NCBI GenBank assembly: GCA_044351685.1
Contig: JBILFK010000002.1
Span: 1-33,040, forward strand
Source of the DNA: Rickettsiales bacterium
GTDB lineage: Bacteria; Pseudomonadota; Alphaproteobacteria; Rickettsiales; UBA3002
DNA length: 33,040 bases
Direction of reading: 5' to 3'
Notes under the pieces: generated by a model
The model's input: only the letters and a program-made list of their open reading frames with translations
Told to the model about the DNA's origin: nothing
The model's database searches: none
Position numbers and translations under genes: made by a program
Shown: positions 1 through 9,238 of the stretch, one piece after another
Position numbering within the stretch: the first letter of the stretch is position 1
Layout of the letters: each line of letters opens with the position of its first letter

Positions 1-46
1 AGGTACTTGTCGCGGGACTGGTCAGTGTTTAGTCGCATCGTCGCCA
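1..46 (-). CDS. possible 5' end of a leftward gene that runs off the window (partial, only about 15 codons visible)
   Basis: The reverse strand reads ATGGCGACGATGCGACTAAAC... (MATMRLNTDQSRDKY) from position 46. A GGGTGA purine-rich stretch lies about 7 nt upstream. The product cannot be identified from 15 residues. Confidence 0.2.
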
Positions 47-240
47 TGATTTTATCACCCTTACATATAACATTTCTTTTTACATTTGGCTGCTTGATTC
101 CGTGTCATCTTCGGGGGGGCAAAACGCTGTGCTCGAATTCATCGATGTCGCAGCTACCGCTCTTGGAAAACACGAAACAAACACCCCTGGAACACCCCCC
201 GGAAGAGGTATGATTGCGGGAGGAACGTCTCGCATGGCCG

Positions 241-256
241 ATACTACATATAGTGG
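241..256. promoter_or_regulatory. NrdR-box-like palindrome (ATACTACATATAGTGG)
   Basis: Matches 13 of 16 positions of the NrdR-box consensus, which I recall from memory as acaCwAtATaTwGtgt. It lies in an AT-rich non-coding stretch. Confidence 0.35.
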
Positions 257-396
257 TCGCCCTGTCTAGCAAGAATCTTTCGGTTACCCACCACAAAATT
301 TCTTGCAACATAAATTATAATTATATTTCAATAGCATGAACCAAAATCTTGATGTGAAGATACCACGGTCAAGAAAATAATTCATAGAAAATGGCA

Positions 397-412
397 CCAC
401 AATATATAGTGG
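397..412. promoter_or_regulatory. NrdR-box-like palindrome (CCACAATATATAGTGG, extended ACCAC-N8-GTGGT)
   Basis: Matches 14 of 16 positions of the recalled NrdR-box consensus and is nearly a perfect dyad. It shares the 10-mer ATATAGTGGT with the site at 241..256. Confidence 0.4.
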
Positions 413-617
413 TATATGCGCCACAGCGTGATGTCACACCGGCGGAAGCTATTGAGGTTTCAGGTATCACGCATGCAGCGGCTGCCTTGAAACGCGGATG
501 CCCGGAACCTGACCCCTGAACCCTGCGGCGTCAATCGGGAAATAGCTGTTAAGAAACCCACCGCATAGCGGCATTGTTTTTGAATGGCTTAGGATGCCTT
601 ATCCCGGTTTCCACACA

Positions 618-2396
618 CTATCCCCGTGGTTGTAAACAGGGGGTGCCCAGCAGCATGTCGGCGATGGCTTCGGCGCCGTAGGGCGCGCTAAGCAAACCAC
701 GGCTGCCATGCGCGGTGTTGGTATATAGGTTCGGGTAGGCCGCACCCAGCGGCCCCACGAGAGGCCTGCGGTTTGGCGTGGTCACGCGGTGTGCCATGCG
801 GCCGGTGGGCGCATCACTATCGCCGTTCTTCAGCCAACCGGGAAGATACTGTGCAAGCTCGGCAAGATTTTTTTCTGTATGCGCCGGGCGCAGCGTAAGC
901 GAAAGATCATCATGGTCATAGGTGGCGCCAATTAGATAATGGTCAACAAGCGGCACCACGTAGCCCTTATGGCAAAAAATACTGCGTAAGGGTTGCGCCA
1001 CTGCTGTGTGCGGTAACAGATTCAACTGCCCAGCGCTGCGGTTTAATGTCACGGGCGCTTCTGGCACTAGCGTGGTTAGCGCAACCCCGCATGCCAGCAC
1101 CACATGCGATGCTTCATATGTTTGATTGGGTGTCTGTGCTTGCCACACCTCGCCCACCCGCTTTAATGCGGTGACGGGTGTGTGGGTATGCGTGGTAATG
1201 CGCGGGTGCTGCAGCAAGGCGCGGCATAATTCTGCTGCTGCTACCCATGTGCCATGCGGAAACCACGCACCCCCATCGCGCAGCTGCAGGCCGGTTTTTG
1301 CTTCTGCTTCACCGCGTTCTAACCAGTGCGCTACACTATTATCCAAGCCTAGCTGCGTATTGATCGCGGTAAGCCGTGCGCGTTCATCGGCATCTTTGGG
1401 GTATTTCAGCATACCGGGCGATGCAAAGCGAAAATCCCAATCCTTCCAGCGCGTCAAATTGCGAAGCATGGCCGCATAGGCGAGGAACGATTCCTGAATC
1501 GCCGCATTCCACTGCTTGCCAAGCTGCGGGTATAGCACCCCCGCGGGGTTGCCCGAGGCACCGCTGGCAATCTCGCCCGCATCAAGCAACGTTACGTTGC
1601 AGCCACGCGACGCCAGCGCATATGCGGTGCTGCACCCGGCAATGCCGCCACCAATAATAAGAGTGGTGGGGTGTGAGGGCGCAATCACAGAACGTACGCC
1701 AGTGCCGCTTAGGCACCCGCGAAGCATGGCGCGCTTGCGGCCAAACCCGGGGATTTTCTCGACTGCAAAGCCTCGCGCTTCTAGCTTTCGCCGCACATCG
1801 CCTGCAGCGGTGAAGGTTGCGAAGCTGGCATGTGGTGCACTTAAACGCGCCACTTCATCCATTAGCGCATCGCTCCACATATCGGGGTTTTTGGCGGGGG
1901 CGAACCCATCGAGAAACCAGGCATCAACCTGCGCCTGCATTTGCTGAAATAGTTCGGTGGCTTCACCAAGCCCCAACCATAATGTTACCCGCCCAAAAAT
2001 CATGCGGTGCCAGCCAGCAATACGCAGCGGATACTGCGCGAGTAGTTGCGCGGTGTATGGCGCGAGTTCGCTAAAATGCGCAAGTGCTGCAGCCAGCTGT
2101 TCGGGCGTGAGTGGAAATTTTTCGACACTCAGAAAATATAATTCCCCAGGCGCATGGCTCGCTTCAAATGCCTGCCATGTGGTCAGGAAATTCAGGCCGG
2201 TGCCAAAGCCGGTTTCACCAATTTCAAAGCGCTCGGTATGTTGCCAGCGCGCCGGCAGGTGATTGTTCGCAAGAAACACAAACTCTGTTTCCTGCATGCC
2301 GCCTTCGGCAGAAAAATAGACATCATCTGCGCTGAGCGAGCGCAGTGTTGCGCCATCCGAAGCAAGATGCGGAATCGGTAATGCCGGAGCTGTCAT
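618..2396 (-). CDS. mnmC: bifunctional tRNA 5-methylaminomethyl-2-thiouridine biosynthesis protein MnmC (methyltransferase + FAD oxidoreductase)
   Basis: ORF 618..2588 is trimmed to the ATG at 2396 (MTAPALPIPH...). The N-terminal module carries GETGFGTGLNFL and DAWFLDGFAPAKNPDMW. The C-terminal module carries the FAD dinucleotide-binding motif LIIGGGIAGCSTAYALA. This is the canonical MnmC domain order. Confidence 0.85.
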   Translation of the reverse strand: MTAPALPIPHLASDGATLRSLSADDVYFSAEGGMQETEFVFLANNHLPARWQHTERFEIGETGFGTGLNFLTTWQAFEASHAPGELYFLSVEKFPLTPEQLAAALAHFSELAPYTAQLLAQYPLRIAGWHRMIFGRVTLWLGLGEATELFQQMQAQVDAWFLDGFAPAKNPDMWSDALMDEVARLSAPHASFATFTAAGDVRRKLEARGFAVEKIPGFGRKRAMLRGCLSGTGVRSVIAPSHPTTLIIGGGIAGCSTAYALASRGCNVTLLDAGEIASGASGNPAGVLYPQLGKQWNAAIQESFLAYAAMLRNLTRWKDWDFRFASPGMLKYPKDADERARLTAINTQLGLDNSVAHWLERGEAEAKTGLQLRDGGAWFPHGTWVAAAELCRALLQHPRITTHTHTPVTALKRVGEVWQAQTPNQTYEASHVVLACGVALTTLVPEAPVTLNRSAGQLNLLPHTAVAQPLRSIFCHKGYVVPLVDHYLIGATYDHDDLSLTLRPAHTEKNLAELAQYLPGWLKNGDSDAPTGRMAHRVTTPNRRPLVGPLGAAYPNLYTNTAHGSRGLLSAPYGAEAIADMLLGTPCLQPRG

Positions 2397-2475
2397 GCGC
2401 CGACTATACGGAAAATGCGATTGTGTTGTACAAAGAAAAGAGTAGCGATGGCGAAACACTAACCGCGAGGTATCT

Positions 2476-3222
2476 ATGCAGCACCATTCTCTTGAAGGTA
2501 AAATTGCTATTGTCACTGGCGGCTCACGCGGCATTGGTGCCGCTACCGTGCGCGCACTGGCAGCAGAAGGCGCCACCGTGATTTTCACCTATAGCAAATC
2601 GACTGAAACCGCGCAGGCACTGGTCAAAGAAATTACTGCCGCAGGCGGCAAAGCAATCGCCCGCGCACTCGATGCCACTGCACCCGAAGCGATGCCAGCA
2701 TTCGCCGATAATGTGGCGAAAGAATATGGCCGCATTGATATTCTGGTGAATAATGCAGGTATCTTTGTGGTCGGCGATATTGGCAATATTGCGCTTGCCG
2801 AGTTTCGCCGCGTCATGGATGTAAACGTAACCAGCGTGTTCACGCTAACCAATGCCGCCATCCACCACATGCCAGAGGGCGGGCGCATTATCAATATCAG
2901 CAGCAGTTTGGGAGAACGTGCCTCGGGCGGCTTCATGAGCACGTATGTGGCCTCCAAATTCGCGGTGCTTGGCCTGACACGCGGCTGGGCCAAAGATTTA
3001 GGCGCTCGCAGCATCACTGTGAATGCGGTGCTGCCTGGCCCAGTCGATACCGAAATGAACCCCGCCGATTCGCAAAGTTCCGATTGGCAAAAAAGCAATA
3101 CCGCGCTTGGGCGCTACGGAAAACCCGAGGAAATTGCTAGCGTAGTGGCCTTTTTGGCCAGCCCTGCCGCCAGCAACGTGACAGGCGCCACGGTGAACGC
3201 CGATGGTGGTTTTAACGCTTAA
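2476..3222 (+). CDS. short-chain dehydrogenase/reductase (FabG-like)
   Basis: TGGSRGIG Rossmann motif, NNAG motif, and catalytic S...YVASK (YxxxK). The 248-aa length is typical of classical SDRs. The substrate is not inferable. Confidence 0.85.
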   Translation: MQHHSLEGKIAIVTGGSRGIGAATVRALAAEGATVIFTYSKSTETAQALVKEITAAGGKAIARALDATAPEAMPAFADNVAKEYGRIDILVNNAGIFVVGDIGNIALAEFRRVMDVNVTSVFTLTNAAIHHMPEGGRIINISSSLGERASGGFMSTYVASKFAVLGLTRGWAKDLGARSITVNAVLPGPVDTEMNPADSQSSDWQKSNTALGRYGKPEEIASVVAFLASPAASNVTGATVNADGGFNA

Positions 3223-3260
3223 TTAGTTGACCTTTACAAAAAAAGGCCTAAGCAGCGCGC

Positions 3261-5234
3261 ATGAACTTGCAGGCTATCAAACAGTTTTGTTTTGGCGCGC
3301 CGCTGGATCCGTTCCGCTCGGATACCCGCAAGCATATGGCGCTGATTACCTTTTTTGCCTGGGTCGGCATTGGTGCAGATGGCCTTTCTTCCGCCAACTA
3401 CGGCCCCGAAGAAGCGTTCCTTGCGCTTGGCGCACACACCCACATGGCGATCTTTCTGGCGATTGCCACGGCCTTCACCGTATTCCTGATTGCGGCAGCC
3501 TATACGCAGGTGATTGAACTATTTCCGCATGGCGGCGGTGGCTATCGTGTCGCCTCGACCATGATTGGCCCCAAAACCGGGCTGGTAGCGGGTTCAGCGT
3601 TGCTGATCGATTATGTGCTCACCATTGCCATCTCGATTGCCAGCGGTGTTGATGCGTTGTTCAGTATGCTGCCACTGGAATGGCAACCCTACAAAATGCC
3701 AATTGCCTGCTGCGTGGTGCTTATGCTCACCACCATCAATCTGCGCGGTATGAAAGAATCGATTAAAGTGCTGCTGCCGATTTTTATGGGGTTCATTCTT
3801 ACCCATACCGTGCTGATCGTGTATGCGATTGCCGCCCACGCGCCCGATATTGATACGGTCATGCCAAGCGCCGTGCATGAAACCACCCTTATGGCCGATC
3901 AGGTGGGATGGATTGCAGTGGCGGCACTGTTCTTCAAAGCCTTCTCGCTGGGTGGTGGTACCTATACGGGGCTCGAAGCCGTTTCTAATTCGGTGCAAAA
4001 TTTGGCCGAACCGCGCGTGCGCACCGGCAAGGCCACCATGTGGGCGATAGCCTTTTCGTTGGCATTTATGGCCGCTGGTATCATTCTCATGTATCTGCTG
4101 TGGGATGTGCAAAAAGTCGAAGGGCAAACCCTAAACGCCACCGCCTTTAAAGCGGTCACTGCGCAGTGGGAATTGTTCGGTATCAATCTTTCGAACGAAA
4201 TGGTTTCAGTTGCGCTGATTTTCGCGATGGGCTTACTGTTCGTTGCCGGCAATACCGGCTTTATTGCTGGCCCCGCAGTGCTTGCCAGCATGGCGGTCGA
4301 TCGCTGGATGCCGCATATGTTCTCGTCGCTTTCCAACCGGCTTGTCACCAAAAACGGTGTGCTGCTGATGGGGCTTGCGGCCATTGGTGCGCTGCTGCTT
4401 ACCGGCGGTGTGGTGCATGTGTTGGTGATTCTGTATTCGATCAATGTGTTCCTTACCTTCACCTTGTCGCTACTGGGTGTCACGCGTTACCGTTTGCGCC
4501 ATATGCGCAAGCCGGGAAGCTGGTATAAGCTGGCAATTTCGTTCAGTGCATTTGTGCTGTGCGGTTCCATTCTGATGGTGACATTATTTGAAAAATTCAA
4601 CGATGGTGCATGGAAAACCGTGCTGGTGACGGGCATGGTGATTGCCATTGGTCTGGCCATTAAACGCCACTACAATAACGTGCATAAAAAATTACAAGAG
4701 GTGGAAGAAGATTTGGGCGCCGCCATGTTCAGCGCGCCTGCGAAGGCTGCCACACTTGAAAAACCGAAGATGGACCCGAAAGACCAAACCGCCGTGTTTT
4801 TGGTGGGCGATTCGGCGGCCAGCGGCATGCATACGTTTTTATGGGTGCAACGCTTGTTTCCGGGCGTGTTCAAAAACTTTGTATTCGCAAGCGTCGGCGA
4901 GATTGATACCGAAGAATTTTCCGATCAGGCGCTGTGGCATAAATTGCGCCGCGATACCAAACAGATGCTGAAAAATTATGTCGATTTCTGCACCGCGCGC
5001 GGCCTGCCTGCCACCTATTACCACAGCTATGGCACCGATGTGATTGCCAGCATCTCGCAGCAAACGGATCGTATTTCACAAGATTTCCCGCGCTGCGTAT
5101 TTTTTGCGACCAAACTGATTTTCGAAAACGAAGCCTTCTACCATCAATGGCTGCATAACCAGACCGCGTATATGCTGCAGAAAAAACTGCATGCCAAAGG
5201 CCAGAACCTGATTATCATGCCGATGAAGCTTTAA
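3261..5234 (+). CDS. APC-superfamily permease with a soluble C-terminal extension of about 190 aa
   Basis: The 657-aa ORF has about 12 or more hydrophobic helices in the first ~470 aa (GADGLSSANYGPEE near the first helix). A hydrophilic tail follows. The substrate is unknown. Confidence 0.75.
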   Translation: MNLQAIKQFCFGAPLDPFRSDTRKHMALITFFAWVGIGADGLSSANYGPEEAFLALGAHTHMAIFLAIATAFTVFLIAAAYTQVIELFPHGGGGYRVASTMIGPKTGLVAGSALLIDYVLTIAISIASGVDALFSMLPLEWQPYKMPIACCVVLMLTTINLRGMKESIKVLLPIFMGFILTHTVLIVYAIAAHAPDIDTVMPSAVHETTLMADQVGWIAVAALFFKAFSLGGGTYTGLEAVSNSVQNLAEPRVRTGKATMWAIAFSLAFMAAGIILMYLLWDVQKVEGQTLNATAFKAVTAQWELFGINLSNEMVSVALIFAMGLLFVAGNTGFIAGPAVLASMAVDRWMPHMFSSLSNRLVTKNGVLLMGLAAIGALLLTGGVVHVLVILYSINVFLTFTLSLLGVTRYRLRHMRKPGSWYKLAISFSAFVLCGSILMVTLFEKFNDGAWKTVLVTGMVIAIGLAIKRHYNNVHKKLQEVEEDLGAAMFSAPAKAATLEKPKMDPKDQTAVFLVGDSAASGMHTFLWVQRLFPGVFKNFVFASVGEIDTEEFSDQALWHKLRRDTKQMLKNYVDFCTARGLPATYYHSYGTDVIASISQQTDRISQDFPRCVFFATKLIFENEAFYHQWLHNQTAYMLQKKLHAKGQNLIIMPMKL

Positions 5235-5460
5235 TACTTCAAAGTCCTTCCTCCGTCATGCGACGGGTTTGAATATTTTGCTTCGGCCGAGCACCTTCTG
5301 TGCTGGCCTTCGCGCCGCTTCGCAGGCTCATGGCTGACTCGATTCTACTGAATCTCGAATAACATAAAAATGTCGAATTGCGAAGAGCCGACTCAAGCGA
5401 TTCGACGGCATGGCTTGTACTTCAAAGTACAGTGAGGCGAAGCCGAAGGACTTTGAAGTA
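5235..5460. mobile_element. MITE-like non-autonomous element with perfect 16-bp terminal inverted repeats
   Basis: TACTTCAAAGTCCTTC at 5235..5250 is the exact reverse complement of GAAGGACTTTGAAGTA at 5445..5460. There is no ORF inside. Internal hairpins are GTCGAAT/ATTCGAC at 5372..5406 and the palindrome GTACTTCAAAGTAC at 5417..5430. The element fills the whole gap between two convergent stop codons. Confidence 0.5.
5280..5363 (-). repeat. structured intergenic repeat, copy A (type I 3' module)
   Basis: The reverse complement reads TTATTCGA-GATTC-AGTA-GAATC-GAGTCAGCCATGAGC-CTGC-GAA-GCGG-CGCGAAGG-CCAGCAC-AGAAG-GTGCTCGG-CCGAAGC. It shares its core with copies B to F. Confidence 0.7.
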
Positions 5461-5464
5461 AGGG

Positions 5465-7228
5465 TTACTTCATGATTCTGTTGGCAGGGAAGGTGACCTT
5501 CACGGTGGTGCCTAAGCCCACCTGGCTGGTGAGCTGTAATTTACCGCCATGGAGTTCCGCGAACATTTTGCACAGTGGCAAGCCAAGCCCGGTGCCTTCA
5601 TGGCTTTGGCTACGGTGCACCTGACCAAATACCGCCAGCGCCTTGGGAATATCTTCTTCGGCAATACCAATACCCGTATCGGTCACCACCAGCACCATTT
5701 GCCCATGCGAATCCATGCGCACGCTTACGCTTACGGTGCCGTGGGCAGGGGTAAATTTAATGGCGTTGGTAAGCAGGTTCAGCAGAATCTGCCGCACTTT
5801 GCGCTTATCGGCGCGCAGAATGGGTAGCGTGTCGATGATTTCTTTATGCATCGTGATATGCTTGGATTTGGCCTTATCGACCACAATACGCACGCATTCT
5901 TCGATGCTGCGCGCCATATCGACTTCGTCGTCGTTCAGCTCGAGCTTGCCTGCCTCGCCCTTCGAGAATTCCAGAATATCGCTGATCAGCTGCAACAAAT
6001 GCGTGCCGCATAAATTGATATCCTGAATGCGCTCCATCTGTTTTTCGTTCACCTGCCCGAAATAGCCAGCATTCAGCATTTCCGAAAAGCCGATGATCGC
6101 ATTTAGCGGTGTGCGCAGTTCGTGGCTCATATTAGCCAAAAATTCTGATTTCGCCTGCGAGGCCAAAATCGCTGCCGATTCTGATTCTTCCACGCGCATA
6201 ATCTGCTTGGCCATGGTGAGCGCGAAGAATGATAATACCGAACCAAAAATCGTGAAGATGGCTAGAAAGCTGATGTCTTTAATACGCCCATCGCGCCAGC
6301 CCTGCAGAAAATCATCTTCATCGACAATCACCGAGGTAATGATCGGCATGTTTTTTAGCTGCGTGTAGGAATAGATTTTTATTTCTTCGTGAAAGCGCTG
6401 CGTATCGGTTACAACGTGCGATTTCTTGCCGTGGGTGGCGGCATGGTCGGCCACAAAATCAAGCACCGCATCGTAATCTTTCATCAGTGATTGTGCGGCG
6501 TTCGGGCCACTAAACAGCACTGTGCCATCCTCGAGCATCAGCGCCATAAAACGGTCGGCGCCGAAATCTACCGAGGCAAAAAAGTCGGCAAAATATTTTG
6601 GGTCAATTGCTGCTAAAATCATGCCGCCAAAGCTACCATCCAGCTTATTGATGCGTCGGCTCATCACAATCAGCTGTGGGTGTTCGTGATTGCTCGAGCT
6701 TTGCTGGCCGATAAAATAGCTGCGCCCGGAATCATCTTGCAGCGATTTGAACGAGGGGTCGTTGCGCAGCGAATTATTATAATTAAACCACGTATCGTAG
6801 CCGGGTTTATTGGCAGCAATTTCAACCGTGCCATCATCACCGACCATCATGAGTGCGGCAATTTGTGGGCTTTCTTCTACCCACATGCGCAGGTTGTTTT
6901 CAATATCGCGCGGCAGGTTGCCGCCAAATAGCTGGTTGAAATATTGCCGTTCCACGGCGCGGCGCAGGGTAATATCGACTGCCAGAAAGGTTAGCTCTAC
7001 CTGATCCGAGAGAATTTTGGTAAGGCGCGTGGCATTCTGTTTGCCCTCATCGATCGAGGTTTGATAGGCGCGCGAGGCCTGATACGCCACAAACACGCAG
7101 AACAGCAGCATGATCAACGCCGAAAACGCAATCAGCGTTTTTGCACGCGGCGTGCGCATGCGCCCCTGTTCGCGGGTGGTATCGGTGCCATTGGCAAGCG
7201 CACCGCTTTGTGCAAGTCGCGTAATCAT
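5465..7228 (-). CDS. sensor histidine kinase with a periplasmic Cache-like domain (no adjacent response regulator)
   Basis: TM helix, then ~270-aa extracytoplasmic region, then a second TM helix. H-box SHELRTPLNAIIGFSE, N-box LLNLLTNAIKFT, G1 DTGIGI, G2 GTGLGL. An AGGA lies about 6 nt upstream of the ATG at 7228. An alternative start is at 7159. Confidence 0.85.
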   Translation of the reverse strand: MITRLAQSGALANGTDTTREQGRMRTPRAKTLIAFSALIMLLFCVFVAYQASRAYQTSIDEGKQNATRLTKILSDQVELTFLAVDITLRRAVERQYFNQLFGGNLPRDIENNLRMWVEESPQIAALMMVGDDGTVEIAANKPGYDTWFNYNNSLRNDPSFKSLQDDSGRSYFIGQQSSSNHEHPQLIVMSRRINKLDGSFGGMILAAIDPKYFADFFASVDFGADRFMALMLEDGTVLFSGPNAAQSLMKDYDAVLDFVADHAATHGKKSHVVTDTQRFHEEIKIYSYTQLKNMPIITSVIVDEDDFLQGWRDGRIKDISFLAIFTIFGSVLSFFALTMAKQIMRVEESESAAILASQAKSEFLANMSHELRTPLNAIIGFSEMLNAGYFGQVNEKQMERIQDINLCGTHLLQLISDILEFSKGEAGKLELNDDEVDMARSIEECVRIVVDKAKSKHITMHKEIIDTLPILRADKRKVRQILLNLLTNAIKFTPAHGTVSVSVRMDSHGQMVLVVTDTGIGIAEEDIPKALAVFGQVHRSQSHEGTGLGLPLCKMFAELHGGKLQLTSQVGLGTTVKVTFPANRIMK

Positions 7229-7421
7229 GTTGTCCTTTTTTCTGAGCGTAAGATAAATCTTCGCCAGGTCACGTCTTTTTTTCTCTTCGTCAGTGTCGGT
7301 GTTTTAAGTTAAAGAAACGCTAATAAGCCATTAATAAATAGTGAATTTGGACTTTTTATGAAAAATGCCTCACTGCCTAGTTTTTTCTATGAATCATAGG
7401 CGCTTAGGGTAAAACAAACGC

Positions 7422-8930
7422 GTGGTTACCCGCATTCATAGTGTCGCTTTTTCCGGAATCGAGGCAACGCCTGTCGAGGTACAGGTGCATGTGGGCGGTG
7501 GTTTACCCGCATTCACGATTGTGGGCTTGCCCGATAAAACTGTCGCCGAATCGCGCGAGCGCGTGCGCGCGGCGCTGCAATCGATGGGCATTGCGCTGCC
7601 CCCCAAAAAACTACTGATCAACCTTGCCCCCGCCGATGTGCAAAAAGAAGGCAGCCATTTCGATGTGCCGATTGCGCTCGGCTTACTGGCGGCGCTGGGC
7701 TATTTCCCCGCCGATGCCGCGGCCGAATATGTGGCCCTCGGCGAGTTAGCGCTCGATGGCCAGATGCTGCCCGTGTCGGGTGTGCTACCTGCGGCAATGG
7801 CGGCGATTGCTCAGGGGCGCGGTATTATTTGCCCGCAGAGCAATGGCGCTGAGGCGGTGTGGGCAGGCGATGTTTCGGTGTTAGCCGCACCTTCGTTGCT
7901 GGCGCTGATGAACCATGTGAAGGGCCTGCAGATACTGGCACGACCAGAACTTACCGCCATGCAATCGCCTGCGCCACGCTATAATTTTTCGGAAGTGCGT
8001 GGGCAGGAATTTGCCAAGCGGGCGCTTGAGGTGGCCGCTGCTGGCGGCCATAATGTGCTGATGATGGGGCCGCCCGGCGCTGGCAAGTCGATGCTGGCGC
8101 AGTGCATGGCGGGTATATTGCCGCCACTTACGGCCGAAGAAATGCTTGAGGTGAACCTGATTGGTTCAGTTGCAGGCAATGTGATGAAGGAAGGGTTCCA
8201 AAACACCCGCCCCTACCGCGACCCGCACCATTCGGCTAGCCCCGCCTCGATGGTGGGTGGTGGCAGGCGCGCGTTGCCGGGTGAAATTTCATTGGCGCAT
8301 CTAGGGGTGTTATTCCTTGATGAACTGCCCGAATATCCCCGCGCCGTGTTAGAATCGCTGCGCCAACCTCTCGAGGCAGGCGAGGTAAGCATTGCGCGTG
8401 CCGAAGCGCATGTGCGCTATCCGGCGCGGTTTCAGCTGATTGCGGCAATGAACCCATGCCGCTGCGGCTATCTGGGCGATGCCGCGCGTGCCTGCAGCAA
8501 AGCCCCGAAATGCGGCGAGGAATATCAATCCAAACTGTCAGGCCCGCTGCTTGATCGTATCGATATGCATTTGGAAATTCCCGCCGTGGAAACACTCGCT
8601 ATGTTTGCACCCGCCGCCGCCGAACCAAGCGCCGCAATTGCCGCGCGCGTGGCGCAGGCGCGCGCCGTGCAGCAAAAACGCTTCGCGCAGTTGAACATTA
8701 TCGCGCGCACCAACAGTGAAATTAGCGGCGACGCCTTGCAGGCCGCCACACCCATGGAAGCCGCTGCCAAAACCCTACTCGAGGAAGCCACGCGCAACTG
8801 GCATCTATCGATGCGCGGGGTGACGCGTATTTTGCGTGTGGCGCGCAGCATTGCCGATCTGGCGCAAAGCGACACCTTATTGCGCCCGCATCTGGCAGAA
8901 GCACTTTCTTACCGCGCGCCGCGCGCATAA
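7422..8930 (+). CDS. comM: YifB/ComM family Mg-chelatase-like AAA+ ATPase
   Basis: GTG start (MVTRIHSVAFSGIEA...). The N-terminus is Lon-protease-like. Walker A GPPGAGKS and Walker B LFLDELPE. 502 aa. Confidence 0.85.
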   Translation: MVTRIHSVAFSGIEATPVEVQVHVGGGLPAFTIVGLPDKTVAESRERVRAALQSMGIALPPKKLLINLAPADVQKEGSHFDVPIALGLLAALGYFPADAAAEYVALGELALDGQMLPVSGVLPAAMAAIAQGRGIICPQSNGAEAVWAGDVSVLAAPSLLALMNHVKGLQILARPELTAMQSPAPRYNFSEVRGQEFAKRALEVAAAGGHNVLMMGPPGAGKSMLAQCMAGILPPLTAEEMLEVNLIGSVAGNVMKEGFQNTRPYRDPHHSASPASMVGGGRRALPGEISLAHLGVLFLDELPEYPRAVLESLRQPLEAGEVSIARAEAHVRYPARFQLIAAMNPCRCGYLGDAARACSKAPKCGEEYQSKLSGPLLDRIDMHLEIPAVETLAMFAPAAAEPSAAIAARVAQARAVQQKRFAQLNIIARTNSEISGDALQAATPMEAAAKTLLEEATRNWHLSMRGVTRILRVARSIADLAQSDTLLRPHLAEALSYRAPRA

Positions 8931-9035
8931 TATTGCAGGCGAGAGATGCATCTTGCTTTTAGCGCGCACGGCATTAAATTAACAGGGCAGTGTTATCGCT
9001 GCCTATGGTTATCACACATACGAAGGAGATGTTTT

Positions 9036-9212
9036 ATGTTGCATCGTCTACTTGCTACGGCCACTGCTGTTGCGTTTGTTACTGCAGCTAGCGCTGCGTT
9101 CGCTGCCGATAAAAAGGCCGAAACCCCAAAAGTGCAGCCTAAGCAAGGCGCACAGGTGATCCAAACCAATCCGGATGGCACCACCAAAAAAATCCCGCTC
9201 GATAAAAAATAG
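9036..9212 (+). CDS. small secreted lysine-rich protein (58 aa), function unknown
   Basis: A GAAGGAGA Shine-Dalgarno sequence lies 6 nt upstream of the ATG at 9036. The signal peptide is MLHRLLATATAVAFVTAASAAFA with an AFA-A cleavage site. A strong terminator follows. Confidence 0.55.
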   Translation: MLHRLLATATAVAFVTAASAAFAADKKAETPKVQPKQGAQVIQTNPDGTTKKIPLDKK

Positions 9213-9238
9213 CCCGCTATTTTTCTGGGAAGTGAACG

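Noticed and set aside
47-240. Possible cobalamin or other known riboswitch in the long putative leader of the left-edge gene.
   Set aside because: On either strand I could not find the B12-box or GGGAA/GGUG core, the TPP CUGAGA/ACCUGA elements, or any other class-defining motif. Only generic hairpins are present.
391-522. Small 43-codon ORF (MAPQYIVVYAPQRDVTPAEAIEVSGITHAAAALKRGCPEPDP) in the left intergenic region.
   Set aside because: It has no convincing Shine-Dalgarno sequence. The NrdR-like palindrome lies inside its first codons. No neighbouring genes suggest a peptide or RiPP system, so there is not enough evidence to call it a gene.
7300-7399. CtrA-like TTAA-N7-CTAA half-site pair, and a 6-1-6 palindrome CTATGAATCATAG (7387-7399), in the divergent kinase/comM promoter region.
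   Set aside because: The CtrA-like site has a mismatch in a core position and sits in generally AT-rich DNA. The palindrome is a single short occurrence with no second copy in the window. Neither rises above chance.
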